64,000 nt of DNA from a virus. Under the pieces are notes generated by a model that worked only from the letters and a program-made list of their open reading frames with translations, was not told the DNA's origin and did not search any database. Where the stretch lies: IMG/VR virus record IMGVR_UViG_3300020183_000013, positions 32,001 to 96,000 of that record; one strand, written 5' to 3'. The translations under genes were made by a program, and so were the position numbers. Positions within the stretch are counted from its first letter, which is position 1. Every line of letters begins with the position of its first letter. Positions 41,301 through 47,684 of the stretch are shown one piece after another.

Positions 41301-41632
41301 ATGTGCGGTCCTGCTTTTGAGTATACTCGGGAAGATTTCCTGAATGATGCTTCTGATGAAGAATGGGTTGAATGGGAACAGAAAGCAGCAGAACTTGAGT
41401 TGACTCTGGATTACTACCTCGCCGAATTTGTCTGATGGAATTTGTTAACTACGTTCGTTCATTCTATGGCCCTGGTGGTATCTACTCGATGAATGTAACT
41501 GATGCAATGATCATCGACGCCACCATACAGTACTTGACAACTCCTGGCACACGTTGGTGCGATGGTGATAGTTTCGACCGCGAACATGTTCGTGACATTA
41601 TGATCGAACGGTTCGGTCTTGTGCCAACCTGA
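41301..41632 (+). CDS. Two small genes (acidic 41301..41435; 41435..41632)
   Basis: Coupled TGATG junction; the second has the FYGPGGIY...DSFDREHVRD pattern. Confidence 0.6.
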
Positions 41633-41680
41633 GAACTGGCACACGGGGTCGCCACAGACCCCACCCCCTGACCCTATACT
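41620..41680 (+). promoter_or_regulatory. Early promoter element copy 14
   Basis: TGTGCCAACCTGAGAACTGGCACA; GGGGTC-GCCACA-GACCCC; TATACT(41675). Confidence 0.8.
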
Positions 41681-41705
41681 GATTCAGTCAACCACACACG
41701 AGATC

Positions 41706-41966
41706 ATGCTCAAGAAAGTATCACCCGAAAAGGCAACTCCATCTCCTGTTGTAGTTAACAAAGGAAAGCATGGATACAACTGCTGGGTGTATTCTAGCAG
41801 GATTCAGAAGAATGGCAACACATACTTTAAGTATACAATTGCCCACACATTCAAGCAAAAGTTTGTATCTAGAGAGGATGCCCTGATGTATGGTTGGGCG
41901 AAAGTTAATGGGCACAAAGTTACAACTTTCGATGTGCCCATGCGCCACAAACCTGTGACAGTCTGA
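41706..41966 (+). CDS. Basic hypothetical protein
   Basis: Single-gene cassette between copies 14 and 15. Confidence 0.6.
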   Translation: MLKKVSPEKATPSPVVVNKGKHGYNCWVYSSRIQKNGNTYFKYTIAHTFKQKFVSREDALMYGWAKVNGHKVTTFDVPMRHKPVTV

Positions 41967-42013
41967 CTAGTGGCACAAGACCCCTTGCGGTTCTCCTGAT
42001 TCTGGTTTACATT
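41954..42013 (+). promoter_or_regulatory. Early promoter element copy 15
   Basis: TGTGACAGTCTGACTAGTGGCACA; TTGCGG-N17-TACATT(42008). Confidence 0.8.
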
Positions 42014-42040
42014 ACATTCGTTCAAACAAAGGAACACCAA

Positions 42041-42286
42041 ATGCGTCCTGTTTCTGTTCACCCTGAGAAAAGCATTCGGTTCACTGAACACGCTAAGTTC
42101 TGGTGTGAAATGTTGAACAATTATCGCAAATGTTACCCTAAGCATTCGTTTGCTAAAATGGCAGAACATTTCGATCTGAGTGAAACAAATGCCCGCCGAT
42201 ATTACTATGGAATGCATCAAGCAAATCTGGGGTATTTTGGCAATGGTTACAATCAAATCCGCAGGGGTGCCTGTGTGACACTCTGA
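42041..42286 (+). CDS. Helix-turn-helix protein
   Basis: SFAKMAEHFDLSETNARRYY fits an HTH pattern. Confidence 0.55.
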   Translation: MRPVSVHPEKSIRFTEHAKFWCEMLNNYRKCYPKHSFAKMAEHFDLSETNARRYYYGMHQANLGYFGNGYNQIRRGACVTL

Positions 42287-42333
42287 GAACTGCCACAAGG
42301 GGGGTTGCAATGCTCCCCAATCCGTTCTACATT
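42274..42333 (+). promoter_or_regulatory. Early promoter element copy 16
   Basis: TGTGACACTCTGAGAACTGCCACA; TTGCAA-N17-TACATT(42328). Confidence 0.8.
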
Positions 42334-42358
42334 ACATTCGTTCCTGAGACACCAACCG

Positions 42359-42796
42359 ATGACCGTGACTCTGACTGCTTCCTATCGTGAAATGCTGCAC
42401 GAAGATGCAGTTGCTAAGATCGATGAGCTTCTGGAGGAGAACTATGCTCTCGATGATATGCTTGAGTTCATCGATGAGCGTAATGAGACCAACTTCGTTC
42501 TCTTTTATGAAGAGTATGTGCGTGTTGGTGAAGCAATCGGTTATGAAGCAGTAGATGCTCTCATTGATGAAATGGGATGCGTTTCTGACATTGAAGATTG
42601 CGACGAACGTTATCAAGGTTGCTATCAAGATGAGGCAGAGTTTGCAGAATCTTTCTACAATGAAATGGGTTGCAACATCCCTGAAGGAATTGTAGTGGAT
42701 TGGGAAGCAACGTGGGAAACTTCGCTGCATTATGATTACACTTCCTGCAGTGATGGTAGCACCTATCGTTCTTGCCACATCTTCCGCGATTGCTGA
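42359..42796 (+). CDS. ArdA-like acidic anti-restriction (DNA mimic) protein
   Basis: Very acidic; YQGCYQDEAEFAESF...IP...VDWEATW..L..DY resembles the ArdA C-terminal domain. Confidence 0.6.
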   Translation: MTVTLTASYREMLHEDAVAKIDELLEENYALDDMLEFIDERNETNFVLFYEEYVRVGEAIGYEAVDALIDEMGCVSDIEDCDERYQGCYQDEAEFAESFYNEMGCNIPEGIVVDWEATWETSLHYDYTSCSDGSTYRSCHIFRDC

Positions 42797-42914
42797 TAAG
42801 AATGGGGGGATTAATTCCCTCCCTTTTTTTATACTTTTATTTTAAATATTTTTTAGCAGGGGCGGTGGCGATGGTTTTCGTCTTAGAGGCTACCCCGCCT
42901 CTCATCCGATTGTC
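42797..42914 (-). ncRNA. Candidate structured sRNA transcribed leftward from element copy 17
   Basis: Minus-strand TATAAT(42925-42920); no ORF; hairpin AGAGGC/GCCUCU with possible pseudoknot. Confidence 0.5.
42803..42830 (+). terminator. Rho-independent terminator (possibly bidirectional)
   Basis: GGGGGGA-TTAAT-TCCCTCCC followed by a T tract. Confidence 0.7.
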
Positions 42915-42919
42915 CCCAT

Positions 42920-43014
42920 ATTATAAGGCAGCCACGGGGGCATTCGTGGGCAGCCAGTGCCACTTCCCGAACTGACCACGACCCATTGCGTTGGGTGCTG
43001 ATCCGTGCCATACT
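42920..43014. promoter_or_regulatory. Bidirectional early promoter element copy 17
   Basis: AGTGCCACTTCCCGAACTGACCAC(42956-42979), with CATACT 29 nt to the right and minus-strand TATAAT 30 nt to the left. Confidence 0.7.
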
Positions 43015-43020
43015 AACCGT

Positions 43021-43932
43021 ATGCAAAACAAACACCTCGAACACCCCGAAGATACCATCCTCACGGGTGACCTTTCTGTTCTTGATTGGTTTACTGCTGC
43101 AGGATTCCTGAGTGTAAAGATTGATGGTGCCCCTGCAATTGTATGGGGTAAGAATCCTGCGAACGGTAAGTTCTTCGTTGGCACCAAAGCTGTGTTCAAC
43201 AAAGTAAAGATTCGTATTGCACACAATTATGAAGAAATTGATGCGTTCTATCAAGGTGAGGTTGCGTCTATTCTTCGTGCTTGTTTTGATTATCTGCCTC
43301 GCATCGATGGTATCATTCAAGGGGATTTTATTGGTTTTGGCGGTAGTGATGAGTATTGCCCCAACACGATTACTTACCAGTTTGGTGAAGTAGTAACTGA
43401 AGAGATCATTGTTGCACCTCACACTTACTACGTTGCAGAAAAGGATCTGCGGGATGCTGTAGCGTATCCGATGAACTTTATCATCACTGATACTCCCTGT
43501 GTGAAGTTTGTGAAACCTGATGTATACATTGCACACGGTCAAGAATCGTTCGCTGATGTAAAAGAAGTCTGTGGATTTGCTCGTCAAATGTCTACTCTTG
43601 CAACGTTTGTAACTGATAAGGAAGCACAGAAGATCAAGCAACAACTGAATGCCTGCATTCGTGCTGGTGAAGAAGTCAACCCTGAGGACTTTGATTGTGA
43701 TGCTAACCTGTTGCGTTTGTGGGCACTGGTGAAGTCGATTAAGGATGATTGTCTGTTCCTTTGTCGTAACAATGGGCCTGCAGCTTATCTGGGTTCTCCT
43801 CATAACGGCTATGAAAGAATTGACTCTGAGGGTTACGTAATGACCAATGAGTTTGGTATGTTCAAACTGGTGAATCGTGAGGTATTCTCTCACGCCAACT
43901 TCACCAACGGTCGATTTCAGTGTGCCACCTAA
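43021..43932 (+). CDS. Conserved T4-like protein (DUF6267-like) with RNA/DNA-ligase nucleotidyltransferase motifs
   Basis: HLEHPED N-terminus; SVKIDGAPA (KxDG), IQGDF, SEGYV, FKLVNR. Confidence 0.65.
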   Translation: MQNKHLEHPEDTILTGDLSVLDWFTAAGFLSVKIDGAPAIVWGKNPANGKFFVGTKAVFNKVKIRIAHNYEEIDAFYQGEVASILRACFDYLPRIDGIIQGDFIGFGGSDEYCPNTITYQFGEVVTEEIIVAPHTYYVAEKDLRDAVAYPMNFIITDTPCVKFVKPDVYIAHGQESFADVKEVCGFARQMSTLATFVTDKEAQKIKQQLNACIRAGEEVNPEDFDCDANLLRLWALVKSIKDDCLFLCRNNGPAAYLGSPHNGYERIDSEGYVMTNEFGMFKLVNREVFSHANFTNGRFQCAT

Positions 43933-43980
43933 ACAAGTGCCACATCCTCCCTTGTGGAGGTCCTGGATTCGTGCCATACT
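43921..43980 (+). promoter_or_regulatory. Early promoter element copy 18
   Basis: TGTGCCACCTAAACAAGTGCCACA; CCTCC..GGAGG; TGcCATACT(43975). Confidence 0.8.
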
Positions 43981-44003
43981 ACGTTTGTTGCTGAGGGATT
44001 TCA

Positions 44004-44516
44004 ATGGATTTCGACACTGACTTCTGGGGTGAGATTCAAGATGCCCCTGGTGAAATCTTCGACATTCCAGAGTTCGATGACTCTGATGATTTCAACCTCA
44101 ATGAGTATTTGAACGCTTCCTACGATTACTGAAACAATGCAATTTCAAGTTACTGCAATCGAGTTTGATTTTGATGATGAGGATCTACATCCTGAGGAGA
44201 AATCTGACATCATCGAGGATACAGTAGGACACATCTGGGAAGCAGATGATGAAGATGATCTCATTGAAGAGATCACTTCGTGGACAGGTTGGTGCATCAA
44301 ATCCATTGATTATCGTCACGTTCTGATCTGATTATGTACCGCACTGAACTTCAAGACGCCTACATCAATCAGGTTCTTGATGATATGGACATCAAAGATG
44401 CAATGGCATTGTTGTTTGATTTTATGGATGCTGACCTTGATAAGTATAGTGAAAAGCAACTGATTGAAGAGATTAGTCACTTTTATCCCGAACTGGTGGA
44501 GGATGTGACAGACTGA
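44004..44516 (+). CDS. Three very acidic small genes (44004..44132, 44137..44331, 44334..44516)
   Basis: D/E-rich peptides downstream of copy 18. Confidence 0.6.
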
Positions 44517-44564
44517 CTAGTGGCACAAGGGGTCGCCACAGACCCCACCCTGACCCCTTATACT
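44504..44564 (+). promoter_or_regulatory. Early promoter element copy 19
   Basis: TGTGACAGACTGACTAGTGGCACA; GGGGTCGCCACAGACCCC; TATACT(44559). Confidence 0.8.
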
Positions 44565-44587
44565 GATCTCAGTTCAGACAACCCCCG

Positions 44588-44827
44588 ATGATCGTCCAAC
44601 AGATCGGCAGCAACATGACCGAAGTGCAACTTGCCGATGGCACTTGTGTACTGGTCTCCTACACGACCCCCGTTGCTGCCCTTGTGCCTGGGAAGGGATG
44701 GATCCGCACTGCCCACAAGTGGAGCGCCACCACCACCAAGCACATTAACAAGTGGCTTGCCAAGAACTGCGGTGGCGCTGTTCAGACTGTGACACAATGG
44801 GAAGTGGATCAACTGCTCGCATTCTGA
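44588..44827 (+). CDS. Conserved phage small protein
   Basis: LVSYTTPVAA...WSATTTKHINKWL pattern. Confidence 0.7.
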   Translation: MIVQQIGSNMTEVQLADGTCVLVSYTTPVAALVPGKGWIRTAHKWSATTTKHINKWLAKNCGGAVQTVTQWEVDQLLAF

Positions 44828-44847
44828 CCTTTCCGACCCTGTAGAAT
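44788..44847 (+). promoter_or_regulatory. Early promoter element copy 20 (degenerate right half)
   Basis: TGTGACACAATGGGAAGTGGATCA; TAGAAT(44842). Confidence 0.6.
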
Positions 44848-44851
44848 CCTT

Positions 44852-45240
44852 ATGATCACCACCACCCGATTCCGCTTGATCCGCACCCCTCGCTTCCTTG
44901 CTCCTCTGTTCTACGCTGCCCTCGCTACCCGCCCCCGTGTCGGTGATGAGGCAGCGGCAGTGAGCATCGGTCCTGCCTACCTTGGCATCTACCGCACCCA
45001 TAACGGGTTTGAGGTTGTCTACGGCATCCTGAACGAACAGGAAGCACTCTGACCAATGGGAACTGCAGCGCCCTAAAGACTGCTTCAACCATCCTACCCC
45101 TTTCTGAAATGACCCGCGACCTGGCTCTGTCCCTGCTCCGTCAAGGCACCAACGGCGACAGCATCCTTAAGATTCTGGAGACCATCGCCAACCCTAGCGA
45201 CGATAGCGCACAACCGACCGCCGAGCCCATCCAGTTCTGA
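44852..45240 (+). CDS. Two small genes (44852..45052; 45109..45240)
   Basis: GC-rich ORFs; MTRDLALSLLRQGTNGDSILKILE. Confidence 0.55.
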
Positions 45241-45286
45241 CTCTGACCACTGGCCCCCTCGGATGATCCGCAGGGGGCCTTATACT
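45227..45286 (+). promoter_or_regulatory. Early promoter element copy 21 (degenerate)
   Basis: CCATCCAGTTCTGACTCTGACCAC; GGCCCCCT...AGGGGGCC hairpin; TATACT(45281). Confidence 0.6.
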
Positions 45287-45309
45287 AAGGGGACCGAAGC
45301 AACTCACCG

Positions 45310-45828
45310 ATGAACACCGCCACCATCACCACCGCCCAGCAACAATACCTGGATGCCTTCGCCGCTCTGTATGAGGCAGCGGATGCTCTGAACGCCGGTG
45401 ATCCGATGTCCTATGCCCGTTCCCGTGAGATCCACCTTGCCTGCCTGCTGGGCCACACCGTTGCCGATACGTACAGCGGTGCTGATGCCTTCGAAGCGGA
45501 TGGCACCCCTGTAGAGTACAAAAGCACCATCGGCGCTCAGATCTCTGCGACCTACAACGGCATCAGCGTTCAACCGACCTGGGAAGAGCAGGAGGCCTAT
45601 CTGATCGACCATAAGATCGGATGCTACCCCCGCCACTATTACGCCCGCTATGAGGGTGCCCAGGTTGCTGAGGTTTGGGTTCTGGATTCTGATACGGTGC
45701 TCTCCCTGCTGCTCCCTAAGGCAGAACGCCAGTACGCCACCAAGCGCAACGGCAAGGCAAAGGATCCCCGCATCGGCGTCAGCATCTCCGCTGGTGAGAT
45801 CCGCAAACACGCCCGCCGCCTGGTCTGA
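45310..45828 (+). CDS. PD-(D/E)xK restriction-endonuclease-like protein
   Basis: SRE...GADA......VEYKS catalytic pattern. Confidence 0.6.
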   Translation: MNTATITTAQQQYLDAFAALYEAADALNAGDPMSYARSREIHLACLLGHTVADTYSGADAFEADGTPVEYKSTIGAQISATYNGISVQPTWEEQEAYLIDHKIGCYPRHYYARYEGAQVAEVWVLDSDTVLSLLLPKAERQYATKRNGKAKDPRIGVSISAGEIRKHARRLV

Positions 45829-45867
45829 TCCGTGCTACAATTCTTTCAGTCCAACCGACACCGACCA

Positions 45868-46053
45868 ATGGCACTCTACAACATCGCATCCGACCGCACG
45901 ACCCGCCAGACCATCTGGGTTAGCACCAACGTTGTGAAGGGTCGCCCCCAGATCAACTCCCACTCCTCCGCTGCTTATGCTCGGGAAGGGTTCGACGGAT
46001 TCACCGCCGCCGAACTGGCAGGACTTCACACCGACTACCGTGGGGTGGGGTGA
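45868..46053 (+). CDS. Small hypothetical protein
   Basis: ATG downstream of TGcTACAAT(45836). Confidence 0.55.
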   Translation: MALYNIASDRTTRQTIWVSTNVVKGRPQINSHSSAAYAREGFDGFTAAELAGLHTDYRGVG

Positions 46054-46086
46054 CCCCCCTCCCATTCGTTCGGAGCATTCGTGAAT

Positions 46087-46153
46087 GGCAGTTATGGGTA
46101 TAACGGCGGCGTTATGTCCGCCCGCCCTGCCGTTATAAAAACCCATAACTACC
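46087..46153. other. Long imperfect inverted repeat / stem-loop at the GC-content boundary
   Basis: GGCAGTTATGGGT...ACCCATAACTACC enclosing TATAACGGC...GCCGTTATA. Confidence 0.8.
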
Positions 46154-46383
46154 CTAACCTACAGAGGTGACAAAGAGCGTGAGAACTATAAGACATAAAA
46201 AAATTTTCCGTGGCCACAAGGACCTATGAGACCCTTTTACTATACAAATAAGAAACAAAAACCTTATTGGAATTTCTGGAAGGTTGTACTTGCAGGATGG
46301 TTAATACGATATCCTAAGATAATCTGGGTGCCACTTGGGTTTCTTTTAGTTCTCATATATAATGCTGTGACAAGATAAGGATT

Positions 46384-46581
46384 ATGGAAAAAATTTCCGG
46401 AGAAAAAATTTATCACATCTATGCTCAGGGAAAGTGCATCTACCATTCTTTGACGGAAGACGAGTTTCATACAACCTGGATCGCCCTCAAGCGCCTTGCA
46501 GAATTAGTGTCAGATCATTCGATACTTTCATACGAAGAAGTACTGACAAATAAGGCAATTGTCTTTGAGTCATCTCATTGA
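46384..46581 (+). CDS. Small conserved hypothetical protein
   Basis: KIYHIYA..KCIYHSL.EDEF...W pattern. Confidence 0.6.
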   Translation: MEKISGEKIYHIYAQGKCIYHSLTEDEFHTTWIALKRLAELVSDHSILSYEEVLTNKAIVFESSH

Positions 46582-46629
46582 CAAGACATATATAAACTGA
46601 TAAAATTGAACTGAAACAAAAACAATCTT

Positions 46630-47397
46630 ATGGCAAAAGGATTTACAGTAAAAGCAGCATCTCCCAAACCAGCAGCAGAGCAATGGGACTATGAGGCTAT
46701 CAAAGAAAGAATGAAAGGAAAATCGATTGTTTTCTGTCTTCCTGGCAGAGGATGTTCGTTTATTTTTCTGAAGGCATTTGTACAACTTTGTTTTGATCTG
46801 GTACAAAACAATATGAGTATTCAGATTTCTCAGGATTACTCATCAATGGTAAACTTTGCACGTTGTAAAGTGCTTGGTGCAAATGTTCTCCGTGGTCCGA
46901 AGCAAATTCCTTGGGATGGTAAACTACAATATGATTATCAACTTTGGATTGATAGTGACATTGTATTCAACACTGAGAAGTTCTGGCAACTTTGTGATAT
47001 GGCTCTTTCTGCTGAAGGGGAAGAAAAAGAAATCGTTGCTGGATGGTATGCTACAGAAGATGGTCACACAACTTCAGTTGCTCATTGGTTGGAAGAAGAT
47101 GATTTCCGTAAGAACGGTGGTGTGATGAATCACGAAACCGTTGAATCAATTCAGAAGCGTCGTAAGCCATTTACCGTTGATTATACTGGATTTGGATGGG
47201 TTCTGATTAAGAACGGTGTCTTTGAAAATCTTGAGTATCCTTGGTTTGCTCCGAAGATGCAAGTATTTGAATCTGGTGCAGTTCAAGATATGTGTGGAGA
47301 AGATGTTTCATTCTGTCTCGATGCAAAAGAGACAGGATTTGAGATTTGGTGTGATCCACGTATTCGAGTAGGACACGAAAAGACTCGCGTAATCTAA
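46630..47397 (+). CDS. GT-A fold glycosyltransferase-like protein (conserved in cyanomyoviruses)
   Basis: NFARCK, LWIDSDIVF (DxD), YTGFGWVLIK, GEDVSFC, RVGHEK. Confidence 0.75.
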   Translation: MAKGFTVKAASPKPAAEQWDYEAIKERMKGKSIVFCLPGRGCSFIFLKAFVQLCFDLVQNNMSIQISQDYSSMVNFARCKVLGANVLRGPKQIPWDGKLQYDYQLWIDSDIVFNTEKFWQLCDMALSAEGEEKEIVAGWYATEDGHTTSVAHWLEEDDFRKNGGVMNHETVESIQKRRKPFTVDYTGFGWVLIKNGVFENLEYPWFAPKMQVFESGAVQDMCGEDVSFCLDAKETGFEIWCDPRIRVGHEKTRVI

Positions 47398-47684
47398 TGT
47401 TTAACATCCTCTACAAAGGACGTAAAATATATCAGAATCTCAGTTACGAGGAATGTACTGAGATTCTTGAAGAACTTTCTCAAGAGTTCTATCATAATAA
47501 AGACTTTGATGTATCTCAACTTGAATTGGAGGAAATTTAAATGGCAAAACGGCCTTCGTTGAATGAACAAAAGATTGAATCTAAACCCAAATCAACTCGT
47601 CAGGGACTTGGGAAGCATACAAAATACGCTTCCAGTTCACGAAATGGTGCAAGGAAACGTTATAGAGGACAGGGAAAACCATAA
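47397..47684 (+). CDS. Two small genes (47397..47540; basic 47541..47684 ending RKRYRGQG)
   Basis: Coupled ORFs; RKRYRGQGK basic motif. Confidence 0.55.

Noticed and set aside
42860-42914. Hammerhead ribozyme in the antisense RNA (CGGAUGAG...CGAAA)
   Set aside because: The core reads CGGAUGA rather than CUGAUGA, and I could not build stems I and III; kept only as an unclassified sRNA candidate
42883-44004. 373-aa minus-strand ORF
   Set aside because: Shadow of the + strand ligase-like gene with biased codons; it crosses promoter elements and has no recognisable motifs
20087-44527. Sigma54 promoters (TGGCAC...TTGC)
   Set aside because: Spacing to TTGC is wrong where present, TGGCAC is half of a palindrome, sigma70 -10 boxes follow, and cyanobacteria lack sigma54
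18960-45250. Palindrome as a canonical CRP (TGTGA-N6-TCACA) or NtcA (GTA-N8-TAC) site
   Set aside because: Outer TGTG/CACA are 16 nt apart and the inner CA/TG positions are conserved, which matches neither consensus
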